The translations under genes and the position numbers were made by a program. This document shows, piece after piece, positions 1 through 7,148 of a DNA stretch of 29,386 nt (position 1 is the stretch's first letter; each line of letters opens with the position of its first letter). Source of the DNA: a virus (taxonomy: Duplodnaviria > Caudoviricetes); the IMG/VR virus record IMGVR_UViG_3300030406_004061, positions 1 to 29,386 of that record, one strand, 5' to 3'. The notes below the pieces were generated by a model. It had not been told where the DNA came from. It saw nothing but the letters and a program-made list of their open reading frames with translations, and searched no databases.

Positions 1-10
1 GTCAACAATA
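1..10 (+). repeat. Terminal direct repeat, left copy (GTCAACAATA)
   Basis: Identical to 29377-29386. Confidence 0.9.
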
Positions 11-55
11 GCCGGTACGTTCCACAAATTATCACACACTTGGAACGGTGCATGA

Positions 56-403
56 TTATTTTGATGGTTTGATGGTCCGTGTTTGTTGTAAATAAGCGAT
101 TCCAAGAGCGGTTGGACTAGTAACAACCTCACCCATAATTCCATTGTTTATTTGGGTTGTTTTCGGTGTACGATTCTTTTTCATATTCTTTTGAACCATA
201 CGCGCGGCGATCGCTGCAGCTCCACGGGCTACCTTAACACTGAAATAATTTCCGGCCGAATCCAATTGGCCAGCGCTACCCATGCGAATGGCGGCGGCGG
301 TGGCTCTCTTTTTACTATAACCAAGATCACGCATCAAACGCGGGATGGCTTGTTCGATGGCTCGGTTTGTGGCTTGATCGGTGATGATGATTCGTTGTGA
401 CAT
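56..403 (-). CDS. Small basic hypothetical protein, probably from a leaderless mRNA
   Basis: 115 aa, K/R/A-rich; TG-a-TATCAT extended -10 ends 6 nt before the ATG; no SD. Confidence 0.7.
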   Translation of the reverse strand: MSQRIIITDQATNRAIEQAIPRLMRDLGYSKKRATAAAIRMGSAGQLDSAGNYFSVKVARGAAAIAARMVQKNMKKNRTPKTTQINNGIMGEVVTSPTALGIAYLQQTRTIKPSK

Positions 404-419
404 GTTATAATGATATCAT
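402..419. promoter_or_regulatory. Overlapping bidirectional extended -10 promoters
   Basis: Plus strand TGtTATAAT (403-411); minus strand TGaTATCAT (418-410); lies in the 36-bp gap between divergent genes. Confidence 0.6.
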
Positions 420-439
420 AATTTTATGGAGATAAACAA

Positions 440-799
440 ATGGCTAAACAAAGAATAAATACAATACCACCAAAACGTGTCCAGGAAAATGCGCGGCGTG
501 CTTTGATGATACGCGCAAAATTACCAGCATCAAAGAAGGCAATGAAGGATGAAAGAGGAAATGATACAACCGGCGTTTCTACGGCACGAAAACTGATTGG
601 TGGACGTCCCTTGTCCGTTGATACACTTCGAACGATGCGCGCTTGGTTCGCTAGGCACGATACACCGGATGAACGGAAAAACCGCCGTAATGATAAGACA
701 TCCAAAGCATATCAATCTTGGGAAGCATGGGGCGGTGATGCCGGCCGGCGATGGGTTGAAAGTGTTATGAAACGAATAGAAAGGAATGAAAAAGATTAA
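440..799 (+). CDS. Basic conserved phage protein (head-morphogenesis-associated domain, ...RMxxxFARH...WxxWGGDAG..W type)
   Basis: SD GGAGA; motifs LSVDTLRTMRAWFARH and SWEAWGGDAGRRW recalled from marine phage head-region proteins. Confidence 0.8.
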   Translation: MAKQRINTIPPKRVQENARRALMIRAKLPASKKAMKDERGNDTTGVSTARKLIGGRPLSVDTLRTMRAWFARHDTPDERKNRRNDKTSKAYQSWEAWGGDAGRRWVESVMKRIERNEKD

Positions 800-853
800 A
801 AAAAATAATTATATGTAAACAAAACCATAATTATTTGGTACATTGATCTTGTT

Positions 854-1321
854 ATGTCAATAAATCATCGATTACTTATCATTAAAACAATGACACCACA
901 ATATGTTGAAATTAGTTTGGATGGCTATTCATATCGTATATTGATGCGATATGGAAAACCAAGAATGATTTTTGATGTATACAACAAACAATTCGTGATG
1001 GTTCCGCGCGGATTTGATATCATATCATTGCTAAATTATAAAGTATTCAAGCTTGTACTGGATGGAAAAATGGAAAAACTGGATGAAATTAAATATGTGT
1101 ATGTTGTAAGAACGACACCGGAAAATGGAAAATTGAATTGGCATGCGGATTGTTTGGATTTCGTTGAATATGTGTATGGATATGCAATAAAATATTGTAA
1201 AAGTACAGATCAATATTATATCGTAGCCGATGAAGATTTGGAAATTACGACGGTGCGAAATGATGATGGTATTGTGGCCACGTTACATTTGGACGTGGAT
1301 GGAAACATTCAATTGGATTAG
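854..1321 (+). CDS. Hypothetical protein (start may be ATG at 890)
   Basis: 155 aa ORF filling the gap; converges on the HNH gene. Confidence 0.7.
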   Translation: MSINHRLLIIKTMTPQYVEISLDGYSYRILMRYGKPRMIFDVYNKQFVMVPRGFDIISLLNYKVFKLVLDGKMEKLDEIKYVYVVRTTPENGKLNWHADCLDFVEYVYGYAIKYCKSTDQYYIVADEDLEITTVRNDDGIVATLHLDVDGNIQLD

Positions 1322-2040
1322 GGTTGATTATGAAATTTTTGATGGCATGGTTCACACAAAACAATCAAATCATCGTCACGTTCACGGCCCAAACGTTCAT
1401 AATTGTTATGATGGACATTCAATGGTTTATCGGTACAAGCGCACAATTGACATTTAAAATTAGCTTTTTCCCTCATTTCACGCGCTCGCGTTTTCCACGA
1501 ATGTGATGATATATAACTGGCATAATTTACCGGTGAATTCATCGGTGTACATGTCCAACTATTCATCCAACTTTCATGTTCTTTTCGGATTTTCAACGCA
1601 TCACACGATGAACATGTTGTGGATGGTTTTTCATTTCTGGAACGGATTGTGGAAACAAATTGGCGGTTACATGTATCACATTGTATTTGGACGGGTAATG
1701 GCCCAGCAATTCCATACACTCTCTCTTTGTTGACATCAATCAATGATCCAATGTCAGATGGTGACATGTCCGTTTTCCAATATAGATATCTAACAAGATC
1801 ATTTCTTTCCGGTTCATCAGCTTCCACAATGAAATCGGATATCGTATCATCTAATTGTTTTTGACTACCATCTAACATTGTTTTAGCAAATTCCATTTGA
1901 TGTTTGGCGGTTTCCATCAAAAAAATGGTATTGGTTATTTGGTACCTAAGACTTTCTAGATTGGCTTGTTTTTGTTGTTCATACGGTTTATATAACTCTT
2001 TACAATCACATGGATCGCTGAAACATTTATCACACTTCAT
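1318..2040 (-). CDS. HNH endonuclease with N-terminal Cys motif, HTH-like segment and Zn ribbon
   Basis: C-terminal CQLC...LNVHHNNYERLG...LIVLCEPCHQKFH; extra CxxC pairs (CDTC/CSSC). Confidence 0.88.
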   Translation of the reverse strand: MKCDKCFSDPCDCKELYKPYEQQKQANLESLRYQITNTIFLMETAKHQMEFAKTMLDGSQKQLDDTISDFIVEADEPERNDLVRYLYWKTDMSPSDIGSLIDVNKERVYGIAGPLPVQIQCDTCNRQFVSTIRSRNEKPSTTCSSCDALKIRKEHESWMNSWTCTPMNSPVNYASYISSHSWKTRAREMREKANFKCQLCACTDKPLNVHHNNYERLGRERDDDLIVLCEPCHQKFHNQP

Positions 2041-2305
2041 TATCAAATTCCGTTGGTTTGTCGTTGGGAATGAGCGCCAAACCTTCCAACAATGTTTGGT
2101 TCAAATCCTCATCTAGTATATCACAACATTTTCGGATCGATTTAACGAAAAAACGTAGTGATGGAAGATCTGAACCATTACAGTATCTATTCATAATCCC
2201 ATGCGATATTCCAAGATAGTGACAAGCTCGTTTTTGATTATTATACGCGCTTGTTATCTTGGTACGATACCAAAAAGCAAATGTACGATATGGAAAAAAC
2301 TTCAT
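2030..2305 (-). CDS. XRE/Cro-like HTH protein
   Basis: QKRACHYLGISHGIMNRYCNGSDLPS matches an HTH pattern. Confidence 0.7.
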   Translation of the reverse strand: MKFFPYRTFAFWYRTKITSAYNNQKRACHYLGISHGIMNRYCNGSDLPSLRFFVKSIRKCCDILDEDLNQTLLEGLALIPNDKPTEFDNEV

Positions 2306-3202
2306 TTATGTTTCATGCCTATATTCGCGTCCGTATTTATCACGAAATAAGTATATACGATTTGTTTCAAAATTCATAGAATCAAAATAGGTTTCCATGT
2401 CTATTTCCACAATTTCTTTTTCATTTGGATCCTTGTTTGCGTTTTCCCTTTCTTCAATCTTTCTTTGAAGCGCTTCAATGGCTTCCAAATGTTTCTTTTT
2501 TGCTTCCAAACGATCACGGATCAATGATTGGTGTTCCATCGTCTTTTCTGGTATTTCTTGAATATCTTGTGTTAGATAATGAATTGGCGGTTGTTCACCT
2601 TTAAGTGTTTGTATCCAAATATATCTATTTTCTTCTATGATTCTTAATCCTTTTGACGTCCGTATTTTACATTTTACGGGCTTGTTTATTACTCTTGATG
2701 TTCTTACACCATCGGCATCTTCAAAATAAAATATTTCTTTATTTTCAATCCTACGAATCAAATCATATTCCGCAATCATATTTTTAATCTTGGTTTTTCG
2801 TGATTTTCCCTTTTCGCAATCGGAACATGCCGCGTTGGTTTCATATTTGGTTGACGGTCCAGTGTGATTTTTCAACCAAAACACCATCCGTTTCAATCCA
2901 TCATTACATCTAGCGCATGATTCAATAGAAGCGGTTCGAAGGGAAGCCGTGCCCATGTATTCTTTCATTTGTTGGATTATTTTTCCTTGGGATGGTGGAA
3001 AATCATCGACGTTTGTTTGAATGACATGACCAGCTGCTTTTTTTATGGATATTGGCGCCCAATTTCGAAATGATGCTAACATCATCTTTTTCATTTGCTT
3101 TTTCCAATCAAAATTATCGTGGCGTGACCAATTCACAACAAATAATCCAATCGAAAAATCGATAGCTGTGTGTATTGGGTTTTGTGGTTCTTGATCGTAC
3201 AT
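2306..3202 (-). CDS. Replication-associated protein (helicase loader/inhibitor-like N-terminus plus Zn finger)
   Basis: Directly downstream of the initiator; FPPS motif then CARC...CSDC; SD AGGAG; function inferred from context. Confidence 0.55.
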   Translation of the reverse strand: MYDQEPQNPIHTAIDFSIGLFVVNWSRHDNFDWKKQMKKMMLASFRNWAPISIKKAAGHVIQTNVDDFPPSQGKIIQQMKEYMGTASLRTASIESCARCNDGLKRMVFWLKNHTGPSTKYETNAACSDCEKGKSRKTKIKNMIAEYDLIRRIENKEIFYFEDADGVRTSRVINKPVKCKIRTSKGLRIIEENRYIWIQTLKGEQPPIHYLTQDIQEIPEKTMEHQSLIRDRLEAKKKHLEAIEALQRKIEERENANKDPNEKEIVEIDMETYFDSMNFETNRIYLFRDKYGREYRHET

Positions 3203-3213
3203 TTTTTATTCTC

Positions 3214-3747
3214 CTAATCGTTTAGAAAATCCCATTCAGAATTGTCATATGTATTGTTATTTATTGTATTATTATTGTTATATATTGTTTGTGCTTTGGA
3301 TTCCCGAACACTTAGCGTCTTGGATTTCCGGTCACTTAGTGTCTTGGATTCCAGTGCTTTGGGTGTACTGGATTGCAGGGCGCTGGATTGCAGGATTTTG
3401 GGCGTGGTTAATTGATAAATTGCCGGATTTCCTAATCGCTGTTTTACTGTCAACAATCCAAGATCTTTCAGTTCTTTAATTCCAGTTTGAACAACGGATC
3501 TTGATTTTTCCAAAATCTTTTCAAACGTCTTTTGGGAAATGTTATTTTTTTCCGTTCCAGTTTTACGAATCATTATCTTTTGATCTTGATATGTAATTCT
3601 TGCATGAAACACCATCCAACAATATATTTTGATGGATATTTGGCGCTTCATTCTATTGAATTGCAATAGATCAAAATCAAATAATCGCGCGTGTTGATAT
3701 GATTTGTTTGATTTATTGGTTGATTGTGGTATATTGTCTTTGTGCAT
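3214..3747 (-). CDS. Replication initiator (lambda O-like organisation, winged HTH)
   Basis: ISQKTFEKILEKSRSVVQTGIKELKDLGLL winged HTH followed by a repetitive linker encoded by DNA repeats. Confidence 0.75.
   Translation of the reverse strand: MHKDNIPQSTNKSNKSYQHARLFDFDLLQFNRMKRQISIKIYCWMVFHARITYQDQKIMIRKTGTEKNNISQKTFEKILEKSRSVVQTGIKELKDLGLLTVKQRLGNPAIYQLTTPKILQSSALQSSTPKALESKTLSDRKSKTLSVRESKAQTIYNNNNTINNNTYDNSEWDFLND
3245..3400. repeat. Probable replication origin: iterons plus AT-rich tract
   Basis: TGGATT at 3297, 3321, 3345, 3369 (24-bp period) and 3384; CACTTAGyGTCTTGGATT twice; adjacent A/T tract 3250-3290. Confidence 0.7.
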
Positions 3748-3810
3748 AATTCACTTTGTGTTTTATTGTTATTTGTTTTTTTTAATGTCATAGGAATATT
3801 TTTCCATGTT

Positions 3811-3850
3811 GGTGGCGCCACTTGTTGATTGATGGCGCCATCTTTTTTTT
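3811..3850 (+). terminator. Intrinsic terminator-like hairpin on the strand antisense to the operon
   Basis: GGTGGCGCCA-12nt-TGGCGCCATC followed by T8 on the plus strand. Confidence 0.5.
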
Positions 3851-4289
3851 ACCAAACAAGTGTGATTTTGATATGTGAATATTCAAAACTACCATCATCC
3901 ATCCGATCACAATATTCTTTCTTTGCGCGTACCTCATACACCAAATTATCATCACGAAATATTTGTGCATCACTCAAACCATCCATCACCGCTTTCAAAC
4001 AGTTATCCAAATCCGGTTTGGATGCGTGTATCAATCCCTTGGATGGAATTTCACGGTGTTGTAATCGTTGTGGACGTGGAAAAATAAATTGGGCCCGTAA
4101 TGATATCGGACGTTCTATGGTTTTGAAATCATCGGGTATTTCGGATAACTGGATGATTGTTGATTCAATAAAACGTTTTTTCCATTCCGTGTATTCTTTT
4201 GGCATGAATGAATGACCGGATTTGGTGACACGTGGACGTGGACATGATTTCGGTTCAATCAAATAATAAAATTGTAATTTATTTTTCAT
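3849..4289 (-). CDS. rusA: RusA-family Holliday junction resolvase
   Basis: PKSCPRPR, KPDLDNCLKAVMDGL, FRDDNLV motifs. Confidence 0.92.
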   Translation of the reverse strand: MKNKLQFYYLIEPKSCPRPRVTKSGHSFMPKEYTEWKKRFIESTIIQLSEIPDDFKTIERPISLRAQFIFPRPQRLQHREIPSKGLIHASKPDLDNCLKAVMDGLSDAQIFRDDNLVYEVRAKKEYCDRMDDGSFEYSHIKITLVW

Positions 4290-4461
4290 TGCTTTTTTCC
4301 TTTTGATAAAATGTTATTAAATATTTGTAATCCTGATTAAATATTATTGTGTCATATCCATACAACCGATGTTTCCAACGGATGAAATTGATGTAATGGA
4401 ATACTTTTCCATATTCATCGTGTAAATCTTTTAGACCAATCGAAAATGAATACATACTCAT
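4279..4461 (-). CDS. Hypothetical protein
   Basis: 60 aa ORF overlapping both neighbours in the operon. Confidence 0.6.
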   Translation of the reverse strand: MSMYSFSIGLKDLHDEYGKVFHYINFIRWKHRLYGYDTIIFNQDYKYLITFYQKEKSNEK

Positions 4462-4703
4462 TGCTTTTTTTCCTCCACTTGTGTTTCAAATATCAAGATC
4501 CAAAACTGACGGGCAATTTGGATTTTTTCATCCTCATTATTGGATAACAATTCAGCGATTTTCATGACATATCCAAATGTCGGAATGTGTGTTCCACGTA
4601 CCCAATTGTAATATGTTTGACGTGAAACACCGATATCCACACACAAATCCGTTTTCGTTTTCTGCTTCATAAACAGCAGCTGCATTATATAGTGTTCTAA
4701 CAT
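4458..4703 (-). CDS. XRE/Cro-like transcriptional regulator
   Basis: TKTDLCVDIGVSRQTYYNWVRGTHIP, a classic HTH_3 pattern. Confidence 0.88.
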   Translation of the reverse strand: MLEHYIMQLLFMKQKTKTDLCVDIGVSRQTYYNWVRGTHIPTFGYVMKIAELLSNNEDEKIQIARQFWILIFETQVEEKKQ

Positions 4704-5113
4704 TATTTTAATTCCCCTAATTCAGCGCCATATTTGACTTTTAATATTTCTTTAATTTCATTTAATGATTTTCTGCCCATGTTCTTCATTTTCAATAAAT
4801 CGGTTTGTGTTAGTTTCAATAATTGATGAAGATATTCAATATTTGAATTGTGCAAACAATTTGCCGTTCTAACTGATAATTGTAGATCTTCAACCTTATC
4901 TAACAATGGAACCGGCGCGCGTTTGATTTCGTCAACGTTCCACCATTCATTGAATTTTGTAATCAATTGATCATGTTGATGTTCACCGATTTGGATGGAA
5001 TGTTGACCAATAACGATCCAACATTGATTTTTTACATCCTTCATAACCAATGATATTTGATCGGTTTTGATATGATGGTATGAACCATCCAATGATTGTA
5101 TTTTAATAAACAT
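4703..5113 (-). CDS. Protein with an RNA polymerase alpha-subunit C-terminal domain and an unrelated small N-terminal domain
   Basis: KVEDLQLSVRTANCL...NI...LLKMKNMGRKSLNEIKEIL is the alphaCTD signature; SD AAGGAGG. Confidence 0.9.
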   Translation of the reverse strand: MFIKIQSLDGSYHHIKTDQISLVMKDVKNQCWIVIGQHSIQIGEHQHDQLITKFNEWWNVDEIKRAPVPLLDKVEDLQLSVRTANCLHNSNIEYLHQLLKLTQTDLLKMKNMGRKSLNEIKEILKVKYGAELGELK

Positions 5114-5143
5114 AATTATTTTCCTCCTTTTGAAAAATAAATC

Positions 5144-5178
5144 TTGACGTGTAAAGTATTTATAGGTATATTGTAAAC
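5144..5178 (+). promoter_or_regulatory. Sigma70-type rightward promoter with TGTAAA boxes
   Basis: TTGACG(5144)-17 bp-TATATT(5167). Confidence 0.7.
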
Positions 5179-5183
5179 ATACA

Positions 5184-5218
5184 CTTTACAGTATAATAAA
5201 ATATTCTTTACATTGCAA
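5184..5218 (-). promoter_or_regulatory. Sigma70-type leftward promoter with TGTAAA boxes
   Basis: TTGCAA(5218)-17 bp-TATACT(5195). Confidence 0.7.
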
Positions 5219-5236
5219 ATAAAAAAGGAGAAAAAA

Positions 5237-5374
5237 ATGATTGAATACGCTTGGATGATACATGGGATTGTTGACAATTTCCGTCCACTTTTCCATATTG
5301 GTGGCTCGTTGATTACGTTAGTTATTTTAGTATTGATGCTACTAGAATGGAGTAATGAAAATGATGATGAATAA
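5237..5374 (+). CDS. Small single-pass membrane protein, 45 aa (not in the ORF track)
   Basis: SD AAGGAG; MIEYAWMIHGIVDNFRPLFHIGGSLITLVILVLMLLEWSNENDDE. Confidence 0.7.
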   Translation: MIEYAWMIHGIVDNFRPLFHIGGSLITLVILVLMLLEWSNENDDE

Positions 5375-5945
5375 AAATAAAATTGTTATAGATTGTGAGA
5401 CATCCGGATTGGATCCACAAAAACATCAAATCATCGAAATATGTATAGCTACACTAGATGATAAGAATGAAATTGTGGACATTTGGACATCACGCGTCCA
5501 GTTTGAATATAAACGGGCAAATCAAACCGCTTTGAAAATAAATGGATATGAAAATGACCGTGAATTATGGAATAACGCCATCACACAATTGGAAATGTGT
5601 TTGGAATTGCGTAATCGATTACAGGGAAAAACCATCATTGGACATAATCCAAAATTTGATATTGATTTTATATTGGAAGCTTGGCGCGTAAATGGTGTAT
5701 CAAAACCAAAATATGACCACCGTTTGATTGATACAATGGTCCTATGTCATTACCATCTTGATTTCCTTGGGATGTCTTTGTCATTGGATACCATCCGGAA
5801 ATTCTTTGGATGGACATTGGATGGTTCACACACTGCAACAAAAGATGTTCATGACACCGCTAAACTATATCGTAAACTAATGAAAGCCGGCCGGATGCAT
5901 CGTTTCAAATGGGTTATTTCCTATTTGATTCGACTATCAGTTTGA
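5355..5945 (+). CDS. DEDDh 3'-5' exonuclease (DnaQ/epsilon-like)
   Basis: VIDCETSGL, IGHNPKFD, IDT, HTATKD motifs. Confidence 0.92.
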   Translation: MKMMMNKNKIVIDCETSGLDPQKHQIIEICIATLDDKNEIVDIWTSRVQFEYKRANQTALKINGYENDRELWNNAITQLEMCLELRNRLQGKTIIGHNPKFDIDFILEAWRVNGVSKPKYDHRLIDTMVLCHYHLDFLGMSLSLDTIRKFFGWTLDGSHTATKDVHDTAKLYRKLMKAGRMHRFKWVISYLIRLSV

Positions 5946-6363
5946 GGCCAGATATTTGTCCATCCAGCTGATTCACCTTTTGTTCCAACACTGTAATCCG
6001 TGTTGATATATCACCAACTTTTCCCGTTATGGTTGTTAATTTGTCGGTGATGTTTTCCATTTTTGACGTGGTTTGATCTAATTTGGATGATATTTGATTG
6101 GTGATGTTTTTTCGTTCACCATCAAGTTTTCCAACCACTTCATCATATTTTGTTCTTAGTTTTTCCTCACGTTCTTCAAATTTCAATAATTGTTGATTTT
6201 CTGATTCGACATTCATTCGTGTAATTTCATCAATCTTAACCAAAAACCGATGATTCATTTCATCCATTCGTTTTTCATTTTTATTATCTCTATATACAAG
6301 ATACGCCGCAAATAATCCCATCGCGCCGTTTTGTAGTAGTAGATCAATAAAAGTCATTTCCAC
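5914..6363 (-). CDS. Membrane-anchored coiled-coil lysis protein (holin-like or inner-spanin-like)
   Basis: N-terminal TM (NGAMGLFAAYLVY) plus a long coiled coil; downstream of the endolysin candidate. Confidence 0.65.
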   Translation of the reverse strand: MEMTFIDLLLQNGAMGLFAAYLVYRDNKNEKRMDEMNHRFLVKIDEITRMNVESENQQLLKFEEREEKLRTKYDEVVGKLDGERKNITNQISSKLDQTTSKMENITDKLTTITGKVGDISTRITVLEQKVNQLDGQISGLKLIVESNRK

Positions 6364-6364
6364 G

Positions 6365-6565
6365 TTAGATTCCGTTCTTTTTTAAGAATGCTTGGGTGAT
6401 TGGAACAACCAATTCAACCACGTTTTCCGCAATGATATCTTTGATTTCCTCTTTGTCGATCTTGGAATCATCTTCACGAGCTTCTTTTATATCCTCAACA
6501 ATCTTTTCCAATTGTGCTTGGAATATCACAATCAATTCCATCCAAGGTATTTTAATTTTCTTCAT
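6365..6565 (-). CDS. Small lysis-region protein, 66 aa (start re-assigned to MKKIKIPW)
   Basis: AGGA SD upstream of the ATG at 6565; the longer ORF overlaps the endolysin heavily. Confidence 0.65.
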   Translation of the reverse strand: MKKIKIPWMELIVIFQAQLEKIVEDIKEAREDDSKIDKEEIKDIIAENVVELVVPITQAFLKKNGI

Positions 6566-7148
6566 TATATTTTCCTGTAAGTAAAGTATATGTGAATGTG
6601 GGCCATCCACGAAATTCAATTTGTTTTCTACATAATAACATAAAATGATCAAATTCAATAGGTGATGCGAACACTTGACATCCAGCTGACCATCTATCCA
6701 CAAATACGGATTCACGCGTTGGATTGGAACGATGGATATTTATTCCAAAAATACCTTGATCAACCACTTGTGTCTCCTCTGCCACTTCATCCCGATCCGA
6801 ATCACGCCAAACACGGACGGGTAGCCGTTGACATAACGCATCATATTTTCCACGGTGTTTTCCAATTTGCCATCCGCCGCGGACTTGTTGTGGACTACAC
6901 ATGACCGCCGTTCCCTTTTTCCTTCCATTTAACAACCAATATTTGCCTGGTTCCGTTGTAATCTTATACTTGTGATGTTTCCATTGGCCATGCTCTTTAT
7001 AAACTAGATGCATAACATCATCAAACCGATTTGGAACAGCGGCGCCCAATGGAGTACGCACACCAATAATATTCAAATTGTAATCGCCATTTTCGAAAAC
7101 ACGAAAACCGGCTGATTCAACAATATCAAGAATATGCGGTCTTGTCAT
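6552..7148 (-). CDS. Probable endolysin, YkuD/L,D-transpeptidase-like fold
   Basis: GINIH...WSAGCQV His/Cys motif; lies between tail genes and the membrane protein. Confidence 0.7.
   Translation of the reverse strand: MTRPHILDIVESAGFRVFENGDYNLNIIGVRTPLGAAVPNRFDDVMHLVYKEHGQWKHHKYKITTEPGKYWLLNGRKKGTAVMCSPQQVRGGWQIGKHRGKYDALCQRLPVRVWRDSDRDEVAEETQVVDQGIFGINIHRSNPTRESVFVDRWSAGCQVFASPIEFDHFMLLCRKQIEFRGWPTFTYTLLTGKYNEEN

Noticed and set aside
803-836. Inverted repeat AAATAATTAT...ATAATTATTT around a single TGTAAA
   Set aside because: Pure A/T stem, and the second TGTAAA box at +22 is missing; may be chance
3290-3400. Repeats as a mini CRISPR array
   Set aside because: The 24-bp period is too short, there are no unique spacers or cas genes, and the repeats lie inside a coding region
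4703-5113. Calling this gene rpoA or host contamination
   Set aside because: It lacks the alpha N-terminal domain and ribosomal-operon context, and is coupled to phage genes
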